A stretch of DNA of 62,744 bases, counting the filler, from Chiloscyllium plagiosum (Eukaryota): NCBI RefSeq assembly GCF_004010195.1. It is 6 parts of 2 records of this genome, joined end to end, with 100 filler letters (N's around TTAATTAATTAA, not from the genome) between each part and the next. Parts side by side here need not be neighbours in the genome. Positions count along the whole stretch, not along the records: positions 1 to 14,813 come from NC_057716.1; positions 14,914 to 27,520 come from NC_057716.1; 4 more parts are not named here. One strand, written 5' to 3'. Both the position numbers and the translations under genes were made by a program. The notes under the pieces were generated by a model that saw nothing but the letters and a program-made list of their open reading frames with translations, had not been told where the DNA came from and did no database searches. Shown one piece after another: positions 12,843 to 24,168 of the stretch (position 1 is the stretch's first letter; each line of letters begins with the position of its first letter).

Positions 12843-13041
12843 CCTGGCATTTACCGGGTACCTGGTGGTGAGCGGCTGGTCAGGGAGCTGAAGGAGAGTT
12901 ACGTGCGAGGGAAGGGTCTCCCTTTACTCAGCCGAGTCTCCAACATCCATGTGGTGTGTGGGCTACTGAAAGACTTCCTCCGAAAACTGAAGGAGCCGCT
13001 GGTGACATTCAAACTGCACCCAAACTTCATGGCACTGTCGG
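12843..13041 (+). CDS. RACGAP1: RACGAP1-like exon 11, RhoGAP arginine finger (PGIYRVPG...LLKDFLRKLKEPLVTF); later exons not found in the window
   Basis: 199 nt GT-AG exon; GIYR and KDFLR.LKEPL RhoGAP motifs. Confidence 0.95.
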
Positions 13042-13219
13042 GTAGGCTTATCCCACCTTCATGGCACTGTCGGGTAGGCACACCCCACCTTCATGGCACT
13101 GTCGGGTAGGCACACCCCACCTTCATGGCATTTCAGGTAGGCTTATCCCACCTTCATGGCACTGTCGGGTAGGCACACCCCACCTTCATGGCACTGTCTG
13201 GTAGGCTTATCCCACCTTC
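13026..13219 (+). repeat. 32-bp minisatellite, about 6 copies, overlapping the RACGAP1-like exon 11 donor
   Basis: unit CTTCATGGCACTGTCGGGTAGGC(TTAT/ACAC)CCCAC read directly. Confidence 0.93.
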
Positions 13220-14099
13220 CAGAGCTTTCCAGCAGCTCTGGCTCCTGACTTCCTGTCCTCAGAAAATTCTGGGGGTTAAGGCTGGAATGAATGGATTTTA
13301 TTAGGTCGGGGACAGAGTGCACATTGGAAAATCCCACAATGGGAGTTTCCGGTTTGTGGGGTCTTGGTAGTGGGAGGATGGGGAGGTTGTGGCCTGAAGG
13401 TTTAAGACCCAGGACAGGCCCCTCTTGGGGCCATTTCCCACCTGGGCCTCCTTTTTGTGGCTGAGCCCTGTCACCAGTGTCACCCTGTTCAGGGTGGGGG
13501 CAGAAGTTTCCATCTGGACCTCCCTCTGGGATCCCCTTCCTGTGTTATGTTTTGCCCCAATCCTTTTAAGGTCTTGCCCCTTCCCTTCCCCCATCTTTGC
13601 TATGGGCTGCTGTGATTGGTCAGGGTGTGTTTTGCACACTGTGCTGTTCTTTAGAATGTTTTGTGTCCTCCATATTGCCCAGGAGAGATTGTTGGGGTCT
13701 GGTCTTGGCTTTGCTAAGTCTGTATTCATTGTTCTGAAATGACTGCTCAGTATTTGACCTGGAGCGTGGCTGAACAAAAATGGTCTTTTATCTTGCAGTC
13801 ATCAGGACAGTTTGCAAGAATACCAAGTTAAAGAGAACCTACTGTTGTAAGCATTTTAGATTTTGTTTGGTACTGAACTGATCGGCTGAAGCGTTATCCT
13901 GGAGAATGTACTAGCTCCTGATTGACAGTTAATTGCCGAGCTCAAGCTTTGGTAATTCGAGACCAGCAATAAAATACTTACCCACCCCATGAATGAATTA
14001 AAATTTATTAAAAGTGAACCCAAAATGGATTCACTTCTTAAGGAAGGAAACCTGCTGTACTGACCAAGTCCTAATCTGATTTTTGGGTTTTTTTTTTGG

Positions 14100-14565
14100 C
14101 ATTCTGATTTGATTTATTATAGTAGTGTTCCCAAATACAGTGAAAAGCTTGTTTTTGTTTTGTGGGCAGTACAGGCAGATCCTAGTAATCAGAACATACA
14201 GATCATAGGGTGCTTAGAGCAAGGAATACAGATCACGCCTACACCGGTGATGCACAAAACAAGATCAATGTTATTTGAAAATAGCGAGTCCCTTCATCAG
14301 TCTAATAACAGCCAGGAAGAAGCTGTTCCTGAATCTGCGGGTGCGTGTTCAGGCTTCTGTACCTTCTGCCTGACAGAAGAGGTAATAGGAGAGCATTCCC
14401 GGGGTGGGAGGGGTCCTTGATGTTAGCCTTTCCATGGCACGGAGCCGTGTAAATGGAGTCTGTGGATGGGAGGGTGGATTCTGGGATGGTCTGGGCTGTG
14501 CACACCACCGTCTGTAGTTTCTGACAGTCCTGGGCAGAGCAGTTACCGTACCAGGCTGTTAGCAC
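14100..14565 (-). mobile_element. Rex-Babar-like LINE 3' fragment (another on + at about 49780-50345)
   Basis: AWYGNCS...KLQ.VV.TAQ...KDPSHPG...SGRRYRSL. Confidence 0.65.
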
Positions 14566-14813
14566 CCAGAGAGAATGCCTCCAGTTTTACTACAATGTTG
14601 TTCATTGCAAATGGCCACAGGCCAACTAGGACCAGCACAATGCAGCTTTTTCCAAATGCCTCTTAAATGCTGCAATTGTACCAGCCTCCACCACATCCTC
14701 TGGCAGCTCATTCCATACATGTACCACCCTCTGTGTGAAAAGGTTACCCCTTATGTCTCTTTTATATCTTTCCCCTCTCACCCTAAACCTATGCCCTCTA
14801 GTTCTGGACTCCC

Positions 14814-14913
14814 NNNNNNNNNNNNNNNNNNNNNNNNNNNNNNNNNNNNNNNNNNNNTTAATTAATTAANNNNNNNNNNNNNNNNNNNNNNNNNNNNNNN
14901 NNNNNNNNNNNNN
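14814..14913. other. artificial contig spacer N44-TTAATTAATTAA-N44 (also at 27521-27620, 45479-45578, 55227-55326, 60968-61067)
   Basis: identical 100-nt structure occurs five times; the 12-mer gives stops in all six frames. Confidence 0.97.
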
Positions 14914-15272
14914 CTGCTGCCCTTGTCCTTCTCGATGGAAGTGGTTGTGGGTTTGGAAGGTGCTGACTGAGGGTCTTTGGTGAGTTTCTGCAGGGCATCT
15001 TGTAGATGGTACACACTGCTGCTACTGAGTGTGGGTGGGGGAGGGAGTGGGTGTTTGTGGGTGTGGTGCCAATCAAGCGGCTGCTTTGTCCTGGATGGAG
15101 CTGAGCTTCTTGAGTGTTGTTGGAGCTGCCCCCATCCAGGGCAAGTGGGGTGTATTCCATCACACTCCGGAGTTGGGCCTTGTGGACACAGACTAAAGTT
15201 CCTTCTGCACTGCCCCCGTGAAACAATCCCAGGACTGAGTCAACATAGAGACATACAAGCTTCACCTGAGGC

Positions 15273-15312
15273 CCACTGAAGATGTTACCGAGTAAGGTGA
15301 CGAAACGTCTGG
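15273..15312 (+). ncRNA. minimal hammerhead motif, second family (related copy on - at 29673-29712)
   Basis: CCA-CTGAAGA-T-GTTACC(GAGTAA)GGTGAC-GAAA-CGTC-TGG. Confidence 0.7.
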
Positions 15313-15819
15313 AAATGAACCTTCCAACTCAGCGAGCAAATCTACATCCATAGAGTAATACAGCTCGGAAACAGACTCTTCGGTCCAACCCGTCCATGCC
15401 GACCAGATATCACAACCCAATCTAGTCCCACCTGCCAGTACCCGGCCCATATCCCTCCAAACCCTTCCTATTCATATACCCATCCAGATACCTTTTAAAT
15501 GTTGTAATTGTACCAGACTCCAAAACTTCCTCTGGCAGCTCATTCCATACACGTACCACCCTCTGCTTGAAAACGTTGCCCCTTAGGTCTCTTTTATATT
15601 TTTCCGCTCTCACCCTAACCCTATGCCCTCTAGTTTGGGACTCCCCCATCCCAGTGAACAGACTTTGTCTATTTACCCTATCCATGCCCCTCATGATTTT
15701 ATAAACCTCCATAAGGTCCCCCCTCAGCCTCCGACGCTCCAGGGGAAAACAACCCCAGCCTATTGGATTCTGGATAATCCAAGATGGAGGATGGGAAACA
15801 TTTCTGGCTGTAACAGGTT

Positions 15820-16890
15820 AGACCATAGGACATAGGAGTGGAAGTAAGGCCATTCGGCCCATCAAGTCCACTCCGCCATTCAATCATGGCTGATGGGCAT
15901 TTCAACTCCACTTACCCGCATTCTCCCCGTAGCCCTTAATTCCTTGTGACATCAAGAATTTATCAATCTCTGCCATGAAGACATTTAGCGTCCCGGCCTC
16001 CACTGCACTCCGCGGCAATGAATTCCACAGGCCCACCACTCTCTGGCTGAAGAAATATCTCCGCATTTCTGTTCTGAATTTACACCCTCTAATTTTAAGG
16101 CTGTGCCCACAGGTCCTAGTNNNNNNNNNNNNNNNNNNNNNNNNNNNNNNNNNNNNNNNNNNNNNNNNNNNNNNNNNNNNNNNNNNNNNNNNNNNNNNNN
16201 NNNNNNNNNNNNNNNNNNNNNNNNNNNNNNNNNNNNNNNNNNNNNNNNNNNNNNNNNNNNNNNNNNNNNNNNNNNNNNNNNNNNNNNNNNNNNNNNNNNN
16301 NNNNNNNNNNNNNNNNNNNNNNNNNNNNNNNNNNNNNNNNNNNNNNNNNNNNNNNNNNNNNNNNNNNNNNNNNNNNNNNNNNNNNNNNNNNNNNNNNNNN
16401 NNNNNNNNNNNNNNNNNNNNNNNNNNNNNNNNNNNNNNNNNNNNNNNNNNNNNNNNNNNNNNNNNNNNNNNNNNNNNNNNNNNNNNNNNNNTCCAAACTG
16501 TCTAGATCCTTCTGCAGCCTTCCCACTTCCTCAGTACTACCTGCCTGACCACCTGACTTTGTATCATCGGCAAACTTCGCTAGAATGCCCCCAGTCTCTT
16601 CATCCAGATCATTAATATATAACGTGAACAGCTGCGGCCCCAACACTGAACCCTGCGGGACACCGCTTGTCACCTATTGCCATTCCGAAAAAGAACCTTT
16701 TATCCCAACTCTCTGCCTTCTGTCAGACAGCCAATCCCCAATCCATGCCAGTAGCTCACCTCGAACACCATGGGCCCTCACCTTGCTCAGCAGCCTCCTG
16801 TGTGGCACCTTATCAAAGGCCTTTTGGAAGTCTAGATAGACCACATCCACTGGGTTTCCCTGGTCTAACCTACTTGTCACCTCTTCAAAG
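15820..16890 (-). mobile_element. CR1 LINE ORF2/3' end spanning a gap
   Basis: [34 protein letters not shown]. Confidence 0.88.
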
Positions 16891-17084
16891 GTTGCTCTTT
16901 GTTCGAGGTATTTTAGTTGCTGGAGGTGATTTCCTCGAATTTCAGGAGCAGCAATTACTATTTTATATGCAGTTGCATTGTTTTGCAACTTGGAAGAAAA
17001 GTGAAAACAATAGCACTTTTAAAATTGAGAGGAACAGACAAAGGTGAGGTCAGTGCAGGAGAGACAGAGAAACAGAAACAAACA

Positions 17085-18845
17085 TTTTTGTGGACATTTC
17101 AGAGACATGGATAAAGCAGGAACAGGAATGGTTGTTGTTGGTTCTGGGATTTAGATGTTTCAGTAAGATCAGAGACTATGGTAAAAGAGGGGGAGGTGTG
17201 GCATTGTTAGTCAAGGACAGTATTACAATGGTAGAAAGGACGTTTGAGGACCCGTCTACTGAGGTAGCATGGGCTGAGGTTAGAAACAGGACTGGAGGGG
17301 CATTGGGAGTTTTCCAGAGATGTCGAGGAAAGGATAGCAAAGATAATTCTGGATAGGAGCGAGAGCAACAGGATAGTTGTTATGGGGAACTTTAACTTTC
17401 CAAACATTGACTGGAAATACTATAGGTCGAGTACTTTAGATGGGTCAGTTCTTGCCCAATGTGTGCAGGAGGGTTTTCTGACACAGTATATAGACAGGCC
17501 AACAAGGGGCAAGGCCACATTGGATTTGGTACTGGGTAATGAACCCGGCCAGGTGTTAGATTTGGAGGTAGGTGAGCACTTTGGTGATAGTGATCACAAT
17601 TCGGTTATGTTTACGTTAGTGATGGAAAAGGATAGGTATATAACACAGGGTAAGATTTATTCTGGGGAAAGGCAATTATGATGTGATCAGGCAAAATTTA
17701 GGATGCATGGGATGGGGAAGGAAACTGCAGGGGATGGGCACACTTGAAATGCGGAGTTTATTTAAGGAACAGCTACTGTGGTTGATGGGAAATGTTCATC
17801 CTGGAGTTCAGTTACTAGTGGTGTTCCACAAGGATCTGTTTTGGGGCCACTGCTGTTTGTCATTTTTAAATGACCTGTACACGGGCGTAGAAGGATGAGT
17901 TTGTAAATTTGCGGATGACACTGAGGTCGGTGGAGTTGTGGATAGTGTTGAAGGATGTTGCATGTTACAACGGGACATAGATAAGCTGCAGAGCTGGGCT
18001 GAGAGGTGGCAAATGGAGTTTAATGCGGAAAAGTGTGACCTGATTCACTTTGTAAGAAGCAACAGGAATAAAGAGTACTGGGCTCATGGCAAGATTCTTG
18101 GTAGTGTAGATGAGCAAAGAGATCTCGGTGTCCATGTACATTGATCCCTGAAAGCTGCCACCCAGGATGATAAGGTTATTAATATGAAAAATGGTGTGTT
18201 AGCTTTGTAGAGGGATTGAGTTTCAGAGCCATGGGGTCATGCTGCAGCTGTACAAAATTCTGGTGCGGCCGCACTTGGGAGTATTGTGTACAGTTCTGGT
18301 CACCGCATTATAGGAAGGATGTGGAAGTTTTGGAAAGGGTTCAGAGAAGATTTACCAGAATGTTGCCTGGTATGGAGGGAAGGTCTTATGTGGAAAGGCT
18401 GAGGGACTTGAGGCTGTTTTCTTTAGAGAGAAGAAGATTGAGAGGTGACTTAATAGAGACATATAAGATAATCAGAGGGTCAGATAGGGTGGACAGGGAG
18501 AGCCTTTTTCCTCGGATGGTGACGGCTAGCAGGAGGGGACATTGCTTTGAATTGAGGGGTGATAAAGGACAGATGTCAGAGGTAGTTTCTTTACTCCGAG
18601 AGTAGTAGGGGCATGGAAAACCCTACTTGCAACAGTAGCAGACTCACCAACTTTTAAGGGCATTTAAATGGTCATTGGATAAACACATGGATGAGAATGG
18701 AATAGTGAGGGTTAGATGGGCTTCAGATTGGTTCCACAGGTCGGTGCAACATCGAGGGCTGAAGGGCCTGTACTGCGCTGAAATAAAGGTCGGCGCAACA
18801 TCGAGGGCTGAAGGGCCTGTACTGCGCTGGAATGTTCTATGTTCT
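17085..18845 (+). mobile_element. degenerate CR1 LINE ORF2 (endonuclease and RT pieces) with 3' tail
   Basis: RGGGVALL, NFPNIDW, GDSDHN, KFADDT, ERVQRRFTRM; many frameshifts. Confidence 0.88.
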
Positions 18846-20415
18846 AACACTGGGTTTGATACAGAATAAAGCTCCCTTGATACTGTGCCTATCGAACTTA
18901 CCATGTAGACTAAAATACATTTAAAAAAATCACCCTCATATAAACACCTGCTCATCACTTTAAAAACCTCGACCTTCTCAGGACTGCCTCCAGTGCCAGG
19001 AAATGTTTTCTTAGATCAGGGTCCCAAAACAGTTCACAGTGTTCCAATTGTGCTCTGACCAATACCTTGTATAATTTTAGCAAAACCTCCCTATTTTTAT
19101 GCCACATTACCTTCTCTATTACCTTGAATGCTAGATATTTGTGATTCATGGACCAGTATATCCAAATATGTCTGTTCTGTAGCTTTCTGCAGTCTTTCAT
19201 TAAAATAATATTCAGCCCCTCTGTTGCTCCTGCCAAATGGGCTCACTTTTCCCATTGCCCAATTAGAATGTAAAATAAAAATCTGTTATGAACTTAATAT
19301 TGACTGTTATTGACTGTTGTTACAATATTGCGAGAGTGGCGCTGGAAAAGCACAGCAGCTCAGGCAGCATCCGAGGAGCAGGAAAATCAACCTTTCCGGC
19401 TGGAGCCCTTCATCAGGAATGGTTACCATATGTATGTAACATTACATTCTATGTGTTCAGTGTTTGTCCACTTGCTTAGCCAGACTATGTCCCTCTACAA
19501 ACTCTTTTTGTCATCCTCACCACTTGCTTTCCCACCTATTTTTGTATTATCTGTAAATGTGGTAGTTTCTGAAGTAACTCCCCAGAGGCCGTTATCCTGT
19601 CACTAAGTCCCCCTTTATTTCCACATGGAGAGTCCCTGACACTGACCCAGTTCCCTCAGGGCCAGCTCTCTCAGAGTGAACAGAACCTCTGACCCCTCCC
19701 CCACCCGTGTATATCTGTCAGCCAAGGCTCCCTGATTGGACCAGTTCAACAGGCCCCCAATCAGGGAGCTCAGGTTCCCTGGGGTCCTCCTGGGTGACCT
19801 CGCTACCGTCCGTACAGTGTCACTCCTGATTCTCACCCTCCCCCCACATCTCCCTGTCCCTGCCTACCCCCCACCCCCCACACCGGGGTCTCACCCCATC
19901 TCAGTCAGGCCACCCCCTCTCCCTGGCTCCACCCAACAGTAGCCACAACCNNNNNNNNNNNNNNNNNNNNNNNNNNNNNNNNNNNNNNNNNNNNNNNNNN
20001 NNNNNNNNNNNNNNNNNNNNNNNNNNNNNNNNNNNNNNNNNNNNNNNNNNNNNNNNNNNNNNNNNNNNNNNNNNNNNNNNNNNNNNNNNNNNNNNNNNNN
20101 NNNNNNNNNNNNNNNNNNNNNNNNNNNNNNNNNNNNNNNNNNNNNNNNNNNNNNNNNNNNNNNNNNNNNNNNNNNNNNNNNNNNNNNNNNNNNNNNNNNN
20201 NNNNNNNNNNNNNNNNNNNNNNNNNNNNNNNNNNNNNNNNNNNNNNNNNNNNNNNNNNNNNNNNNNNNNNNNNNNNNNNNNNNNNNNNNNNNNNNNNNNN
20301 NNNNNNNNNNNNNNNNNNNNNNNNNNNNNNNNNNNNNNNNNNNNNNNNNNNNNNNNNNNNNNNNNNNNNNNNNGGCCCCGCCCCCTCCCCGTGGCCCCGC
20401 CCCCTGTGACGGTAC

Positions 20416-20455
20416 CTTTCTGGGAGCCCCCAATCAGAATCACGGCCTTCAGCAT
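20416..20455 (-). CDS. GMPPA: GMPPA (mannose-1-phosphate guanyltransferase alpha) first coding exon, MLKAVILIGGSQK(G)
   Basis: 40 nt from ATG to AAAG|gtaccg; matches the GMPPA N-terminus MLKAVILIGGPQKG; lies in CpG-rich DNA; other exons not found. Confidence 0.88.
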
Positions 20456-20700
20456 CGCGCCTCCGGGCGGGTGTGTGTCGGGGGAGCTCTGTGTCTCAGG
20501 GTTTTGTGGGGGTGGGGGTGGGGGAGGCTCTCTGTCCCGCTTGGGGGGAGGGGGGGTAGCTCTGTCTCCGCGCGCGCTCCCACCGCCGCTCGGACACACT
20601 CGCACTCGCCAACCACTTCCGGCGCACTCTGATGATGACTGGGATCATGCGACCCGTGGGTGGGTGTCGGGGAGTGATGACGGTGGAGCTGGAGGGACAG
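20456..20700 (-). promoter_or_regulatory. GMPPA CpG-rich 5'UTR/promoter with ETS-type motif CCGGAAGTG (20614-20622)
   Basis: local CpG enrichment; ETS/GABPA consensus about 160 nt upstream of the ATG. Confidence 0.6.
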
Positions 20701-21098
20701 CCCCGCCCCAAGGGCGGTGCTTGGTATAGGGCCCGCCCCCACGGTGTGGCTGTAACCCCGCCCCAGGGGCGGAGCCTGGTTTAGGGCCCTCCCCCACGGT
20801 GTGGCTGTAACCCCTCCCCAGGGGTGGAGCCTGGTGTAGGGCCCGCCCCCACGGTGTGGCTGTAACCCCTCCCCAGGGGCGGGGTCTGGTGTAGGGCCCG
20901 CCCCCACGGTGTGGCTGTAACCCCACCCCAGGGGCGGAGCCTGGTGTAGGGCCCTCCCCCACGGTGTGGCTGTAACCCCTCCCCAGGGGCGGAGCCTGGT
21001 GTAGGGCCCTCCCCCACGGTGTGGCTGTAACCCCTCCCCTGGGCGGAGCCTGGTGTAGGGCCCTCCCCCACGGTGTGGCTGTAACCCCTCCCCTGGGC
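20700..21098. repeat. 55-bp GC-rich VNTR, about 7 copies
   Basis: ACGGTGTGGC recurs at 20741, 20796, 20851, 20906, 20961, 21016 and 21070. Confidence 0.95.
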
Positions 21099-21134
21099 AG
21101 TGGGGGATGGGAGAGCAGTTTAACACCAACAACT

Positions 21135-21258
21135 GGTTATAACTAACTAGTTAATGCCTGACAGGGGTGTGGGGTGTGGGGTTATAACTAACTAGTTAAT
21201 GCCTGACATGGGGGTGGGGTGTGGGGTTATAACTAACTAGTTAATGCCTGACAGGGGG
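21135..21258. repeat. about 45-bp tandem repeat, 3 copies (GGTTATAACTAACTAGTTAATGCCTGACA...)
   Basis: read directly. Confidence 0.85.
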
Positions 21259-23039
21259 GTTAGAGGTCACCCAGCAGCAGGCCTCAGTTCCCACAGTTAC
21301 ATTTCACACCCTCACAAAGCCTTGTCAGAGCCACTTTAGAAACAGGGTTTACCATCAGACACTGCCTGGGCTGGGCTGGCACCTATTACCGTGTTAGATA
21401 AACCCACACCAACTTGACAATGCTCAAGTTAAAAATCACACAACACCAGGTTATAGTCCAACAGTAGACAACCACCTGGCTAATGAGCGTCGCTCCGAAA
21501 GCTAGTGTGATTCCAATTAAACCTGTTGGACTATAACCTGCTGTTGTGTGATTTCTAACTTTGTCCAACCCAGTCCAACACCAGCTCCTCCAAATCTTGA
21601 GAATGTAATTATGGGATTTACATGTTAAAGAACCTAAACCACCAAATCCCACTCTAAAAGATGAAAGACTTGATCTAAATTTGTTTAAGAACTAGAACCT
21701 GGTGTTGTGTCATTTATAACTAAAGTTGTTTAATACATCATTACAACTTCATGACACTGTAACCCTTTTGCTATAAAGTCTGTGTCGCACCGTCATGTTT
21801 CACAACCACCTGACGAAGAGTCAGCGCCTCGAAAGATAGTGCTTCCAAATAAACCTGTTGGATTATAATGTGGTGTTGTGTGATTTCTAACTTTGTCCAC
21901 CACAGTCCAAAACTGCCAGCTCCACATGATGTGAAACAAGATAAATTTACCATGGTTAACCACGGCAGTTAAGAATAGCATCAAACTGAATGAAACAAAT
22001 AAATGCAGCATAGACTGGTAGTGAGTCAGACTTTTAAAGAGAGAAGAAAAAAAATAAGACGGAGACAATAAACATTGAGTGTCAACCTCCAAATAATATC
22101 AAAATGGACTGCAAGAGCATCTCTAAATATATAAAGAGGAAACGTATTCAAGTGTACAGCTACCGTGTAGAAAACATGGCCAGGGATAAATAATGAAGAA
22201 CCAGGAAATGGCAGAGGAGTTGAATAAATGGATCAGTCTTCACATTAAATGCATTCCAATTACAAAATACTCAAGGATCCAAGATGGTTGTATGGGAAGA
22301 GATAAGCAAAATAACTGGAGAAAAAGTAATAAAGAAACAGATGGGGTCAAAAACCAGTAGGTTCCCTGGACAAGGTGGGATGCATCTAGGATATTAGAGG
22401 ATTCTGGAACTGTCCAGGAGGATTGGAAAACTGCCAAAGTAATACTTTCATTTAAAAAGGCAAAGAGACAATAAAATAAAGGTAACTCTAGGCCACTTAG
22501 CTTAATGCCTGCTGTTGGGAAAATGTTAGAGTCTATTATTGAAGATACAATAGAAGAGCATTAGAAATACATGGTAAAATTTAAACGCTTTTGCAGAAAG
22601 AATAAAGGAGCTGACTATTATTTAAATTGAGTAAGACAGCAGAAAGCGATGCTCCACAGAGGGAATTTTAAGGGGTTCTTATGCATAAATCACAAAAAAC
22701 TAGCATCCAAGTTTAGTAGGTTATAGGGAAGGCAAGTGGAATGTTTGCCTTTATTAAGAAAATGGAGAACAAACATCGGGAAGTCTTGCTCAAACTTCAC
22801 AAGGCACTTGTTAGAACATAGCTGGAACATTGTGAACACCCTTGGGCCCCTTATCTAAGGAAAGATAGAGACAATACAGAGAACGTTCACTCAGCTGATC
22901 CCAGATATGGAGAGACTATCTCGTGAGGAGAGGTTGAGCATGTACTCGTTGGAGTTTAGGAGAATAACAGGTGACCTGACTGAAGCATACATGGTTCTTG
23001 AGAACTTGTCTGGTTAGATGCAGAGATGATGTTGCTCTT

Positions 23040-24168
23040 GGAGTCAGAGAGTCCTACAGCACGGAGACAGACCCTTTGGCCCAAACTGGCCCACTCCGAC
23101 CAAAATGCCCATCCACTCTAACCCCATTTCCCTGCACTTGGCCCATATCCTTCTAATCCTTTCCTATCCATGTATTTGTCCAAATGCCTTTTAAATGTTG
23201 TTAATGGACCCGCCTCAACCACTTCCGCTGGCAGCTCATTCCATACACGCACCACCCTCTGTGTAAAAAAACCCCTTGGGTTCCTTTTTATTCTTTCCCC
23301 TCTAACCTTAAACTGATGCCCTTTAGTTCTCTAGGCCCATAGTTTATATAACGCTATGTATGACCTTGGAAGGCCCCAGAAACCTTGGAAACAGGGAAAG
23401 GTTTTTCAGGTGCACTCTTTCCAGTTTAATAACATCCTTCCTGTAGCAAGGTGACCAAAACTGATCACAATACTCTGAGTGCACCAACATCCTGTACAAC
23501 TGCAACATAACGTCCCAACTCCTATACTCAATGCCCTGCCTGATGAAGGCCAGTGTGCCAAAAGCCTTCTTCACTGCCCTGTCTACCTGGGACTCCACTT
23601 TCAGAGAACCGTGCACCTGAACTCCAAGGTCCCTCTGTTCCACTGCACTCCTTAAGGCCCCGCCCTTCACCATGAAACTCCTGCCTTGATTTGATTTTCC
23701 ACAATACAAGACCTCACCCTTATCTATATTAAACTCCATTTGCCATTTCTCGGCCCACTTCCCCAGCTGATCAAGGTCCTGCTGCAATTTCTGATAACCT
23801 TCCTCACTGTTCATGATACTGCCTACTTTAGTGTCATCTGCAAGCTTACTAATCATCCCTTGTACATTCTCATCCAAATCATTAATATAGATAACAAACA
23901 GCAGTGGGCCCAGCACCGATCCCTGAGGCACTCCACTAGTCCCAGGCCTCCAGTCCAACAAGGATCCTTCCATTATTACCCTCTGTTTCTGACCATCAAA
24001 TCAATTATGTATCCAATTCGCCAGTTCCCTCTGGATTCCATGCGATCTAACCCTTCAGAGCAGCCTACCGTGTGGAACCTTATCAAAGGCCTTACTGAAA
24101 CCCATAAAGGCTACATCTACCACACTGCCCTTGTCAACCTGCCTGGTCACTTCATCAAAGAACTCTAA
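23040..24168 (-). mobile_element. CR1 LINE RT region; continues at about 25880-26420 beyond the Penelope insert
   Basis: [40 protein letters not shown]...DWRVANVVP on the far side. Confidence 0.88.

Noticed and set aside
15975..16673. ORFs containing long X runs (also near 19900, 30700, 40300 and 42000)
   Set aside because: Read-through across N gaps
13042..19950. Remaining RACGAP1-like 3' exons and GMPPA exon 2
   Set aside because: No matching peptides found by eye; probably in unsequenced gaps, so this is not evidence of pseudogenisation
20628..20690. C/D box snoRNA suggested by TGATGA motifs
   Set aside because: No suitably placed CTGA D box or terminal stem; lies in a promoter
20700..21098. 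CRISPR-like array
   Set aside because: Head-to-tail units with no unique spacers, no cas genes, and vertebrate DNA; the same applies to the 32-, 67- and 24-bp arrays
20449..21132. 227-aa ORF upstream of GMPPA
   Set aside because: Product of the GC-rich VNTR and out of frame with the GMPPA ATG
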